DNA of 36,401 nt. Source: Campylobacterota bacterium. Lineage in GTDB: Bacteria > Campylobacterota > Campylobacteria > Campylobacterales > Sulfurovaceae. Below the pieces are notes generated by a model, which worked only from the letters and a program-made list of their open reading frames with translations, made no database searches and was not told where the DNA came from. The stretch is from positions 1-36,401 of the forward strand of contig JAYEOM010000095.1 in assembly GCA_034722955.1 (NCBI GenBank), read 5' to 3'. Positions 20,624 through 30,457 of this stretch are shown one piece after another. Positions within the stretch are counted from its first letter, which is position 1. Every line of letters begins with the position of its first letter. Position numbers and translations under genes: made by a program.

Positions 20624-22276
20624 ATGAAGTTCGAAGATATCGAAATAGAAGAAGTAGATTTTGAAGCGATGCTAGAGGAGTCGTTCAAAAAATCAGACTC
20701 AAAGAGTGATGTTGTTGAGGGTGTTATAGTTAAGATAGATGAAGATGAAGATCAAGCTATCGTTGATATCGGTGGTGGCAGTGATACTCACCTCTCACTA
20801 TCAGAGATCAGAGATGAAGATGGTGTTCTGCTATATAGAGTAGGTGACTCGATCGATGTTATCTCTTTGGGTAGAGGCAGAATATCTCATGAGATGGCAA
20901 AAAAGAGAGCAGCACTCAATCAGTTCATCTCTGAATATGATGATGAGCAAGAGTATATTATCGATGGCGTTGTAACCAAGAAGAATAAGGGCGGTTATGT
21001 TGTTGAGTGTGATGGACTTGAATTTTTTATGCCAAGAACACTCTCTTATCTAAACTCCAAGATCGATGCAATTGGCAAGAAAGTCAAAGCGATGATCGTC
21101 AAAGTTGACAAAGATAAGAGTTCAGTTGTTATCTCTCGTAAAGAGTTGATCGAGCGTGATAAAGCAAAAATACAAGAGATCGTAGATAGACTTCTCGATA
21201 GCAAAGAGGTTGTTGAGGGTACGATCAAAAAGATCACAAGTTATGGTATGTTTGTTGATGTAGGTGGTATGGATGGTTTGGTTCACTACTCTCAGATCTC
21301 CCATAAAGGCCCTGTGAATCCTTCTAAATATTTCGATGAAGGTGATCTTGTCAATGTACTTGCATTAGAGTATGATAAAAAGAAGAGACACTTGTCACTA
21401 TCTATCAAAGATGCCAATCCTGATCCTTGGAAAGATATCGATAGTATTATTGGTGTAGGTGATACAGTTACTGCAACAGTTAGCAACATAGAGCCATATG
21501 GTGTCTTTGTAGACTTAGGCGAAGATCTTGAAGCATTTTTGCATGTATCTGAAGTATCTTGGGACAAAAATGTAAAACATCCAAAAGATTATCTCTCTAT
21601 CGGCGAAGATATCAATGTTGAAGTTATCGAGATTGACAACGAAGGAAGAAGACTTAGAGTAAGTCTCAAAACCCTTCTGCCTAAACCTATGGATGCTTTT
21701 GTTGATGCACATAAGGTAGGTGAGGTTGTTACCGGTACTGTCTCATCATTGACAGATTTTGGTGCATTTGTCAAGATAGACAGCGTAGAGGGTCTTCTTC
21801 ATAATCAAGAGATCTCTTGGGACAAGAGCCAAAACGCCAGAGATGTTTTGAAGTCAGGTGACGAGGTAGAAGTTAAGATTATCAAGATAGATAGAGATGC
21901 AGGAAAGATTTCATTGAGTAAAAAAGCACTTGAAGACTCTCCTGTTAAAGCATTTACAGATAGTCATAAAGTGGGTGATATTGTTGCAGGTACAGTGAAA
22001 GATCAGAAAGATTTCGGTGTCTTCATTGCTCTTGAGAGCAATGTAGATGCACTGATTCGTGCGGAAGATCTTCATCCTTTGAAGAGTGAAGAGATCGAAA
22101 AAGGTCAGGAGATTAGGGGAGTCATTAGTTTTATCGACTCTAAAAATGATCGTATTAGAGTCTCTGTCAAGAGACTAGAGCGTCAAGAAGAGCGTGATGC
22201 AATGAATCAACTGAACATGGACCAAGATGATAGTATGACTCTAGGTGATGCTCTACTTGACCAGTTGAAGAAGTAG
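20624..22276 (+). CDS. rpsA: 30S ribosomal protein S1
   Basis: Repeated S1 domains (YGMFVDVGG.DGLVH, YGVFVDL..AFLHVSE, FGAFV..EGLLH). Confidence 0.97.
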   Translation: MKFEDIEIEEVDFEAMLEESFKKSDSKSDVVEGVIVKIDEDEDQAIVDIGGGSDTHLSLSEIRDEDGVLLYRVGDSIDVISLGRGRISHEMAKKRAALNQFISEYDDEQEYIIDGVVTKKNKGGYVVECDGLEFFMPRTLSYLNSKIDAIGKKVKAMIVKVDKDKSSVVISRKELIERDKAKIQEIVDRLLDSKEVVEGTIKKITSYGMFVDVGGMDGLVHYSQISHKGPVNPSKYFDEGDLVNVLALEYDKKKRHLSLSIKDANPDPWKDIDSIIGVGDTVTATVSNIEPYGVFVDLGEDLEAFLHVSEVSWDKNVKHPKDYLSIGEDINVEVIEIDNEGRRLRVSLKTLLPKPMDAFVDAHKVGEVVTGTVSSLTDFGAFVKIDSVEGLLHNQEISWDKSQNARDVLKSGDEVEVKIIKIDRDAGKISLSKKALEDSPVKAFTDSHKVGDIVAGTVKDQKDFGVFIALESNVDALIRAEDLHPLKSEEIEKGQEIRGVISFIDSKNDRIRVSVKRLERQEERDAMNQLNMDQDDSMTLGDALLDQLKK

Positions 22277-22301
22277 TATATAGATAGATGGGGATTGTTT
22301 A

Positions 22302-23891
22302 ATGTCTAAAATTACCGTTGTTGTGTGTGATCATATTCACCAGTCCGGACTGGATCTTTTGATAAAAGATAGAGATATAGAGATGATCAATGCAGCAGAT
22401 GAACCTAAAGATAAGCTCATCTCTGAGATTATTCAAAAAGCAGATGTTGCGATCACTCGTAGCTCTACTGATGTTGATGATGCATTTTTGGAAAATGCAG
22501 TCAATATCAAAGCTATAGTGCGTGCTGGAGTTGGTGTAGATAATGTTGATATCAAAGGGTGCAGTAAACGCGGTATAGTTGTGATGAATGTACCGACTGC
22601 AAACACGATCGCTGCTGTTGAGCTAACTATGACGCATATGCTCTCTTGTGTTAGAAGATTTCCATATGCACACAATAATCTGAAGTCTGATCGTGTCTGG
22701 AGAAGACAGGATTGGTATGGTACAGAGCTAAAAGATAAAAAATTGGGTGTTATAGGGTTTGGAAATATAGGTTCTCGTGTAGCAACTCGTGCAAAATCCT
22801 TTGAGATGGATGTATTGGCTTACGATCCATATATCGACTCTAGTAAAGCATTGAATCTGGATATTGCTCATACTCAAAAATTTGAGGATATATTGACATG
22901 TGATATTATCACAATCCATACACCAAAAAATGAAGAGACTATTGGTATGATCGGCAGTGATGAGATCGCTTCTATGAGAGATGGTGTTGTTCTTATCAAT
23001 TGTGCAAGAGGTGGACTCTATGATGAGAAAGCACTCTATGATGGTTTAGAGAGTGGCAAGATCGCAATGGCAGGCATCGATGTATTTGACAGAGAGCCTG
23101 CTACAGATAATCGACTGCTAAATCTCAACAATATCACTGTTACTCCTCATCTAGGTGCCAATACCAGAGAGTCTCAGCGTAATGTTGCCCAACAGGCTGC
23201 TTGGCAAGCTTTAGATGCAGCAAAAGGTATCTCATATCCTAATGCTCTAAATCTACCGATCAAAGAGAATGAACTTCCTGATATGGTGCGACCATTTCTT
23301 GAGTTGATTCAAAAGATGGGTCATTTGAGTGCTCAGGTTACACGATCTGCTATCAAATCTATCAAGGTTACGGCAGAGGGTGAAGTGAGTGATTATAGTG
23401 AATCATTGGCTACCTTTGCAACAGTCGGTGTACTCTATGAGTCTGTTGGTGATCAAGTCAACTATGTCAATGCAGAGTTTGTAGCTCAAGAGAGAGGTAT
23501 AGATATTGAAAAGGAGATCACCCCTAATGTTAGCGGTTTTAACAACAAAGTTACGCTGAAATTGACAACACAAAAAGGGAGTGTAGTTATAGCTGGTACA
23601 GTATTTGATGAGAATGTACAGCGTATTGTAGAGATCGATGAGTATGATTTGGATGTAGAACCAAAAGGTAAAATGATATTTTTCCGCAATACAGATACCC
23701 CTGGTGTTATCGGTGATGTAGGAAGGATTATCGCCCAAAATGAGTTGAATATATCTGATTTTCGTCTAGGTCGAGACAAAAAGGGACAAGCACTAGCTGT
23801 TGTTCGTGTGGATGGAGAGATCACAAAAGAGATCATCAGCGAGTTGACCGCACTAGAGGCGTGTATCAGCGTCAGTTATGCTTCACTCTAA
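22302..23891 (+). CDS. serA: D-3-phosphoglycerate dehydrogenase (long form with ASB/ACT domains)
   Basis: RAGVGVDNVD, GFGNIG, NCARGG, TPHLGANT, C-terminal DTPGVIG ACT domain. Confidence 0.96.
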   Translation: MSKITVVVCDHIHQSGLDLLIKDRDIEMINAADEPKDKLISEIIQKADVAITRSSTDVDDAFLENAVNIKAIVRAGVGVDNVDIKGCSKRGIVVMNVPTANTIAAVELTMTHMLSCVRRFPYAHNNLKSDRVWRRQDWYGTELKDKKLGVIGFGNIGSRVATRAKSFEMDVLAYDPYIDSSKALNLDIAHTQKFEDILTCDIITIHTPKNEETIGMIGSDEIASMRDGVVLINCARGGLYDEKALYDGLESGKIAMAGIDVFDREPATDNRLLNLNNITVTPHLGANTRESQRNVAQQAAWQALDAAKGISYPNALNLPIKENELPDMVRPFLELIQKMGHLSAQVTRSAIKSIKVTAEGEVSDYSESLATFATVGVLYESVGDQVNYVNAEFVAQERGIDIEKEITPNVSGFNNKVTLKLTTQKGSVVIAGTVFDENVQRIVEIDEYDLDVEPKGKMIFFRNTDTPGVIGDVGRIIAQNELNISDFRLGRDKKGQALAVVRVDGEITKEIISELTALEACISVSYASL

Positions 23892-23922
23892 GTTGTTATC
23901 TGGAACCTCCTTATAGCTCTTG

Positions 23923-23949
23923 AAAACTGAGGCTCTCATCTCGGTTTTT
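23923..23949 (+). terminator. Terminator-like hairpin after serA
   Basis: AAAACTGAGG...TCTCGGTTTTT with G:U pairs and T-tract. Confidence 0.5.
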
Positions 23950-24070
23950 GATCCGATAAAACCCGCATTAACCATTATTTAACACTTTATTTTATATAAT
24001 ATAACTATTTTATTCAAAATTTATTATTATATTATAATTATAAATTAATATAAACAAGGAGTATAACTCT

Positions 24071-25504
24071 ATGATATTTAAACGATATCTCTCTATCGCT
24101 GTGCTGACAGCACTTCCGCTTTTTGCCGGAATAGAAAACTTGACGATAAGTCAAGCACTTAAAATAGTAAAACATGATAACCTAGAGGTCAAAATATCTA
24201 AATTTGAAGAGCAGATGAAATCATATGAGATTGATGCTGTTGAGGGTATGCATTATGGTAAACTAGATTTGACTGTTAATGCAATACGATCAAATGATGC
24301 CCTGAATGTATTTGGATTTAAGCTTCAGAGTCGTGAAGCAAGTTTTGGAGATTTTGGTTTTAGTGATTTTCTAGGTGGTATAGGCAGTGTTATGGGTGCA
24401 GCCGGTGGTGACTTTGCTGCCTTTTCCCAAATGATGTCTGACTCTCAAGCACAAGCTCAAATGCTCGCAATGCAACCAAGAGATCTCAACTATCCTGAAG
24501 CAAGGAACCACTACCAGACAAAGGTGACATATCAGATACCGATCTATACAGGCGGTAAATTGACAGAGTATGGCAATATCACTAAAGCACTATACAAAAT
24601 GAGTCAAATGGATACGAGCAAGATCATCAACGCCAAAATATTTCAAGTTAAAAAAGCCTTTTATGATATTTCACTAGTCGATAACTACATCTATAACTTG
24701 AGAAAAATCATAAAAAACATAGATAAACTAGAAGAGATAGTAGACTCTATGCACGGTGAGGGGTATGCTCAAGATGTAGATATACTTGAGGTTCAAGCAC
24801 GCAAAGCAGAAGCAGGAAATCTTTATAATCAAGCGATACTCAATCGTGAGCTAGCTTATCAATTCCTCTCTTTTCTGCTCAACAAAAGTGTAACATCGAT
24901 CAAAAAAGTAAAAGACATGGCTCCCATGCCAAAAGCAAGACTATCTGATATCTATAGAGATAATATAGATATCAGAAAAGCGGAGCTTGGATTGGAGATC
25001 AGTCAAATGGCAGTCAGAGCAGAAGAGGCTAGCTATCTTCCTACTGTAGGCGGTTTTGGTGAGTATGGTAGTTCTGACAATACCTTTCTCAATGATTTCA
25101 CAGAGAAAGACTCATATACAGTTGGTGTGCAAGTTAATCTAAATATCTTCAATGGTGGAATCGATAAGGCAAATATCGAAAAAGCTAAAGTCAAAAATTT
25201 ACAAGTAAGAGAGCAGGTAGAGCTTGCCAAAAAAGGGATCGCTCTGAAAGTCAAACAACTCAAGACAGAAGCGTTGAGTCTTGATTCGGATATCTATAGC
25301 TATCAGAAGCAACTCAAATTTGCGAAGAGAGTCTATGCTAGTTATCAAGAACGCTATAGAGAGGGTATCGTCTCGATAAGCGATGTATTGATCAAGCAGT
25401 CCAAAGAGCTACAGGTACTTCTACAGCTGCAGAGCGTAAAAAACAGGAGAAATACCAAAGTATTTGAACTAAATAGTATATTAAATCCGGGAGATTATTT
25501 ATGA
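24071..25504 (+). CDS. TolC-family outer-membrane efflux protein
   Basis: Signal peptide; IPIYTGG, YLPTV, LNIFNGG, RYREGIVSISDVL motifs; first gene of an OMF-MFP-RND operon. Confidence 0.9.
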   Translation: MIFKRYLSIAVLTALPLFAGIENLTISQALKIVKHDNLEVKISKFEEQMKSYEIDAVEGMHYGKLDLTVNAIRSNDALNVFGFKLQSREASFGDFGFSDFLGGIGSVMGAAGGDFAAFSQMMSDSQAQAQMLAMQPRDLNYPEARNHYQTKVTYQIPIYTGGKLTEYGNITKALYKMSQMDTSKIINAKIFQVKKAFYDISLVDNYIYNLRKIIKNIDKLEEIVDSMHGEGYAQDVDILEVQARKAEAGNLYNQAILNRELAYQFLSFLLNKSVTSIKKVKDMAPMPKARLSDIYRDNIDIRKAELGLEISQMAVRAEEASYLPTVGGFGEYGSSDNTFLNDFTEKDSYTVGVQVNLNIFNGGIDKANIEKAKVKNLQVREQVELAKKGIALKVKQLKTEALSLDSDIYSYQKQLKFAKRVYASYQERYREGIVSISDVLIKQSKELQVLLQLQSVKNRRNTKVFELNSILNPGDYL

Positions 25505-26313
25505 GAAACAGAACATTAAAAAAGATTCTTGCTGTGGCAGTTTTGGTTTTGGCATCTACTCTAGGTGCTGTTGATTTGGAACTAAGCGGCAGTGTAGTAT
25601 CTGACAATCAAAAGATGATGACTAGCCGTTATATGGGGTATGTTAAAAATATGGCAGTCAGTGAAGGCGACATCGTCCAAAAGGGACAGCTGTTATATGA
25701 GATAGACTCCAAAGAGATAGAGGCAGCAGAGCGACAGGTAGACTTGGCTGTCTCTCAGGCAAGGCTGGCACTACAGATGAATCGTAACCAGTATGATCAA
25801 GTTGCTATCAATTTAGCACGACATGAGAGACTCTACAAAAAAAAGATGGTTTCAAAGTTTGAGCTAGAGCAGTTGGTACTTGCTGCTAAAAATATGAAAG
25901 ATATGATAACTATATCTGAAAAACAGGTCAATCAAGCTTTGGCAAAAAAAGATGAAGTCCTCAATCAATACCAATATCTTAAGATCGCTGCACCCAACGA
26001 TGGTGTCATCGTAGCAAAAAAACTCAATGAGGGAGAGATGGCAATCCCAGGTATGCCAGCACTGGTCTTGACTGACCTGAGTAATCTGAAAATCGTTGCT
26101 GAGATTAGTGAAACAGATCTTAAATTTATTGGACTCAACAAGCGTGTAGATGTGATGGTGCCCTCCTTGGGTTTGAAGACAACTGGAGAGATAAGCTCTA
26201 TCATCCCTAGTTCCAATCCTATGACTCATAAGTTTAAGATCAAGATCACATTTGATCACAAAGATCATTCGGTCTATCCTGGTATGTATGCCAAAATTCT
26301 TATCAAGAAGTGA
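25501..26313 (+). CDS. RND periplasmic adaptor (membrane fusion protein) 1
   Basis: VSEGDIVQKGQLLYEID lipoyl half, helical hairpin, IAAPNDGVI, YPGMYA; signal peptide; ATGA overlap with TolC. Confidence 0.9.
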   Translation: MRNRTLKKILAVAVLVLASTLGAVDLELSGSVVSDNQKMMTSRYMGYVKNMAVSEGDIVQKGQLLYEIDSKEIEAAERQVDLAVSQARLALQMNRNQYDQVAINLARHERLYKKKMVSKFELEQLVLAAKNMKDMITISEKQVNQALAKKDEVLNQYQYLKIAAPNDGVIVAKKLNEGEMAIPGMPALVLTDLSNLKIVAEISETDLKFIGLNKRVDVMVPSLGLKTTGEISSIIPSSNPMTHKFKIKITFDHKDHSVYPGMYAKILIKK

Positions 26314-27932
26314 TTATGTCAAATAGAAAAGAGTATCAAGTTACAGATGTAGCAGGTAAGTTGGCAAAAGGTTTTTTGCGAAATCCTCTGACAGCAGTTT
26401 TGGGTGCATTTTTACTTATAATGGGTTACTTGGCACTAAGTACTATGCCTAGAGAGGAGGATCCTCAGATCGCTATATCAGGAGGTGCAGTTATTGTAGC
26501 TATGCCTGGGGCGACTCCCAAAGAGATAGAAAATATCATTGTGAATCCTCTGGAGAGAAAACTCAGAGAGGTCAAAGGTATAGAGCATGTTTATGGCATG
26601 GCTATGGATAATGTGGGAATTGTTAATGTTATGTATTATATAGGAGAAAATAGAGAAGATTCAAATCTAAAACTCTACGATAAAGTTATGCAAAATATGG
26701 ATAAAATGCCAAAGGGTGTTATGCAGCCTCTGATCAAACCATTTGATATTGATATCGATATTCCTATAGTTACAGTAGCATTTTATCCTAAACCTGGCAG
26801 CGAAGTGGATGATGTGAAGCTTTTTGAGGTTGTGAGAAAAGTACAGCAGAAGATCAACGGTGTCGGAGCCGTAGCAAAAACAACACTCAAAGGTGCTCGC
26901 AAGGCACAGTATAATATAGAAGTTGATATGGGTAAACTCTCAGCTTATCATCTATCTCTAGGTCAAATTATGCAGGCAGTTCAATCTGTAGCAGTTGATG
27001 TACCTGAAGTAAAAGGAAGAACAAAAAATAACAAACTTGTCATCTTTGGTGTTGAGAATGCTATAGAGAGTGTAGAGGATGTCGGCTCTGTTATAGTAGC
27101 ACAATATATGGGTTCACCTATATACCTGAGAGATGTAGCTCAAGTGAGTGATGGCTTGGATATACAAAACTTTCAAACAGCCAAACTACTCTACAGAGAG
27201 GATACAAACACTTCATCTATGACCAAAGAGCTCAATCAGATCACTATGACAGTTGCTAAATTAGCAGGTAGCAATGCTGTATTTGTTTCAGAGGATGTAC
27301 TAGAAGTACTAAAAGAGCATGATGGAGAGTTTGAAAAAGCAGGAGTAGGGTATCTGGTCACACGAAACTATGGTGATAGAGCAAACGAAGCTGTTAATGA
27401 GTTGATGCATCACCTTATCATTACTATTATTATCATTGCAATTATGCTTATCTTTGCTTTGGGTTGGAGAGAGTCATTGATCGTTACTTTCTCTGTCCCG
27501 GCTATTTTGGCTGTGACTCTTTTCACTGCTTGGATGACTGGTCAGACGATGAATAGGATTACACTTTTTGCACTGCTGCTCTCTTTGGGTCTACTGGTTG
27601 ATGCTGCTATTATCGTCATCGAAAATATTCATAGACACCTGCATGCTCATGATGTTAATGAGAAAGAGATGGATGAGCTACTCATAGAGGCAACAGATGA
27701 GATAGGGGCACCAACCAATATCGCTACGCTAGCGATCATCCTTACGATGGTTCCTATGGCATTTGTAGGAGGGATGATGGGGTCGTTTATGAAGCCTATC
27801 CCTTATAATGTGCCTGTGGCACTGCTAGCATCACTCTTTGTAGCATATATTTTTACACCTTATTTGAGCCTGAAGCTCTTAAAAAAGCCAGAACATAAGC
27901 GCCATCATCATGGTAAAGGGAGCAAGTCATGA
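26310..27932 (+). CDS. RND permease (AcrB/CusA superfamily), N-terminal half
   Basis: MPREEDP, PGATPKEIE, PIYLRDVAQV, GLLVDAAIIVIENI (TM4); His-rich tail; start GTG 26310 or ATG 26316. Confidence 0.88.
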   Translation: MIMSNRKEYQVTDVAGKLAKGFLRNPLTAVLGAFLLIMGYLALSTMPREEDPQIAISGGAVIVAMPGATPKEIENIIVNPLERKLREVKGIEHVYGMAMDNVGIVNVMYYIGENREDSNLKLYDKVMQNMDKMPKGVMQPLIKPFDIDIDIPIVTVAFYPKPGSEVDDVKLFEVVRKVQQKINGVGAVAKTTLKGARKAQYNIEVDMGKLSAYHLSLGQIMQAVQSVAVDVPEVKGRTKNNKLVIFGVENAIESVEDVGSVIVAQYMGSPIYLRDVAQVSDGLDIQNFQTAKLLYREDTNTSSMTKELNQITMTVAKLAGSNAVFVSEDVLEVLKEHDGEFEKAGVGYLVTRNYGDRANEAVNELMHHLIITIIIIAIMLIFALGWRESLIVTFSVPAILAVTLFTAWMTGQTMNRITLFALLLSLGLLVDAAIIVIENIHRHLHAHDVNEKEMDELLIEATDEIGAPTNIATLAIILTMVPMAFVGGMMGSFMKPIPYNVPVALLASLFVAYIFTPYLSLKLLKKPEHKRHHHGKGSKS

Positions 27933-29653
27933 GTAAATTAGAGGGTCTAATCTATGGTATACTAGATAAAAAGTCTGCGAAGACACTAGTTATCGCACTT
28001 ACTATCTTGGCTTTTTTGGGTTCATTGATGATGTTCCCGACCAAGATGGTATTGGCAAAGATGCTTCCCGGGAAAAGCGATAACACCTTTTCGGTCTATA
28101 TAGATACACCCACAGGAAGCTCGGTTGAGCAGACCAAGGATGTGAGTGGCTGTGTCATTGATGTTTTGAAAAAAGAGAGAGAGGTGTTAAATCTAGAACT
28201 CTTTATCGGGCAGGGGATTCCTCTGGACTATGCTGGACTTGTCAAGGGTGCAAGTATGAAGCGTACAGAGAATGTGGCAGAGCTCTCTGTCAACTTGACG
28301 GACAAACATGCTCGCAAGGAGCCCTCATTTTTGATGGTTCAACGACTCCGTCCTATTATCAAGCAGCGTTGTGAGCCAATAGTCCCTAAAACTACGATCA
28401 AATTTATCGAGCAGCCTTCCGGTCCTCCGACACTAGCATCTATAGTTGTAGAGGTACATGGCGAAAACCTTGATAAGATAAGAGCTATCTCAACAGAGAT
28501 TGCAGATATTTTGAGCAGCACAGAGGGGTTGGTTGATATAGATATTATGGCAGATGATATCTTCTCCAAATATGAGCTTGTCCCTGACAAAGAGAAGATC
28601 GCACGAAGCGGACTGAGTGTCAAGCAGGTAAATAATATCTTGTATTTGGCATTTGAAGGTATGGTGATTGCACATAAAAATTCTAAAAATTCACCAGATC
28701 AAATCGGTATATTTTTAGCCTTGGATAGAAGAAGCAAAACACTATCTTCTCAAGGCAAGGAGGTACTTCAGAGTAAACTCTCATCCTTGAACCTGATGAA
28801 TGTGAAAGGTATGATGGTTCCTATGAGTGAAGTGGTTACTATCCGTAAAGCAGACTCAAATCCAATGATCATGCATAAAAATCTCTCTCGTATGGCTAAT
28901 ATAGTAGCTGAAACAGATATGGTATCTCAAGTATATCCTCTGTTGGATGCACGAGATGTAATGATCGAACACTTCTCCAAAGAGTATAATGTCACCAAGG
29001 ATCCTGGGATCTCAACCTATATGTTTGACCTGCACTTGAGTGATCCCAAAACAGGGGAGAAGTTTTTGCTTCGCTGGGATGGTGAGATGAAGGTTAGCCT
29101 TGATACCTTTAGAGATTTGGGCGGTGCATTTATATCAGCACTTATTCTTATCTTTTTACTGCTGGTGATATACTACAAGAGTTATGCTATAAGCGGTATA
29201 GTCCTTTTGGGATCATTTCTCTCTCTTATTGGGGTGATTTTAGGACATTGGGTAGCAAATTTCTTTACGACAGAGACATTTTTCTTGACTGCTACCTCGC
29301 TCATCGGTTTTATTGCTTTGATTGGGATAAGTTCTAGAAACTCACTCCTGCTTATAGATTTTGCCAAATCATTGATGGAGTTCCATAGTATGGATAAACG
29401 AAGGGCTATTGCAGTTGCAGCTGCTACGAGAGCCAAGCCTATCATGTTGACTGCTGTGGCGATCATCCTAGGTTCAGCACTTCTGGCAGGTGATCCGATA
29501 TTTGGCGGGCTTGGTGTCGCTCTCATCTCTGGAACTGTGGCGGCAGTATTTGTCTCGTTGCTATTTGTCCCTATACTTATGGATAACTCCAAAGCTATGG
29601 ATTTCAAACCTATCACTGATGGACAGCACGACAATATCTCTATTACCAAATAA
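27929..29653 (+). CDS. RND permease, C-terminal half
   Basis: MLPGKSD, PTGSS, LIGISSRNSLLLIDF (TM10), TRAKPIMLT (TM11); own RBS AAAGGGAG; ATGA overlap. Confidence 0.88.
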   Translation: MSKLEGLIYGILDKKSAKTLVIALTILAFLGSLMMFPTKMVLAKMLPGKSDNTFSVYIDTPTGSSVEQTKDVSGCVIDVLKKEREVLNLELFIGQGIPLDYAGLVKGASMKRTENVAELSVNLTDKHARKEPSFLMVQRLRPIIKQRCEPIVPKTTIKFIEQPSGPPTLASIVVEVHGENLDKIRAISTEIADILSSTEGLVDIDIMADDIFSKYELVPDKEKIARSGLSVKQVNNILYLAFEGMVIAHKNSKNSPDQIGIFLALDRRSKTLSSQGKEVLQSKLSSLNLMNVKGMMVPMSEVVTIRKADSNPMIMHKNLSRMANIVAETDMVSQVYPLLDARDVMIEHFSKEYNVTKDPGISTYMFDLHLSDPKTGEKFLLRWDGEMKVSLDTFRDLGGAFISALILIFLLLVIYYKSYAISGIVLLGSFLSLIGVILGHWVANFFTTETFFLTATSLIGFIALIGISSRNSLLLIDFAKSLMEFHSMDKRRAIAVAAATRAKPIMLTAVAIILGSALLAGDPIFGGLGVALISGTVAAVFVSLLFVPILMDNSKAMDFKPITDGQHDNISITK

Positions 29654-29737
29654 TATCTCTACCCTAGTCTCATATATTGAGACTGGTGCACTATCCACAC
29701 CTCAACAGTTCTCTCTACAATCTTTTAAACACCTATC

Positions 29738-29746
29738 TGCTATAAT
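29738..29746 (+). promoter_or_regulatory. Extended -10 promoter for efp
   Basis: TGCTATAAT 29 nt upstream of the efp ATG. Confidence 0.6.
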
Positions 29747-29775
29747 CCATTTATAATTTATCAATAGGACTTAAA

Positions 29776-30342
29776 ATGGCAGTAGTCAGTATGAGTGACA
29801 TAAAAAAAGGTGTAAGATTAGAGATCGATGGAAATCCATTTAGAGTGACAGAGTTTCAACATGTAAAGCCCGGCAAAGGAGCAGCATTTGTACGCATCAA
29901 GATCAAAAACCTCTCTACCGGCAAAGTGATAGAGAAGACTGTTCACGCAGGAGATAAATTTGGAGTGCCTGAGTTGGAACAAAAAACAATGCAGTATCTC
30001 TATGATGATGGTGAAATGCTACAGTTTATGGATACTACTACTTATGACCAAATTGGGTTGACTCATGAGCAGGTAGGTAGAGATACTTTTGACTTTATGA
30101 TCGATGGTATGGAGGCCGATATTCTCTTTCACAATGGAAAAGCGATCTCAGTAGAGATCCCTCAAACTGTAGTCTTGAAAGTTGTGGAGACTCCACCGAA
30201 CTTCAAAGGTGATTCGCAAGGCGGAAAGAAGCCGGCTACTCTCGATAGCGGAGCTGTAGTACAGGTACCATTCCATATACTTGAGGGTGAAATGATCAAG
30301 GTAGATACGGTTGAAGGGAAATATTTAGAGAAGGCCAAGTAG
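29776..30342 (+). CDS. efp: Elongation factor P
   Basis: [38 protein letters not shown]. Confidence 0.98.
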   Translation: MAVVSMSDIKKGVRLEIDGNPFRVTEFQHVKPGKGAAFVRIKIKNLSTGKVIEKTVHAGDKFGVPELEQKTMQYLYDDGEMLQFMDTTTYDQIGLTHEQVGRDTFDFMIDGMEADILFHNGKAISVEIPQTVVLKVVETPPNFKGDSQGGKKPATLDSGAVVQVPFHILEGEMIKVDTVEGKYLEKAK

Positions 30343-30457
30343 GTCTAAAAGTGTGATGTAAGGCTAGTCCTTCAAACGATTGCCTTGTCTATGAAAAACC
30401 TCATAAAGCTATTTGTGTGTTTATCTCCTTGGGGTAGCCTAAGTCGCATAGAGATAG

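Noticed and set aside
14612..23891. HIT-pheST-aroA-ispH-rpsA-serA order without cmk
   Set aside because: Ordinary conserved arrangement in Campylobacterota
27900..27935. RND split as a frameshift pseudogene
   Set aside because: Break falls at the natural repeat boundary, with a good RBS and ATGA coupling; kept as two CDS, though reads should be checked
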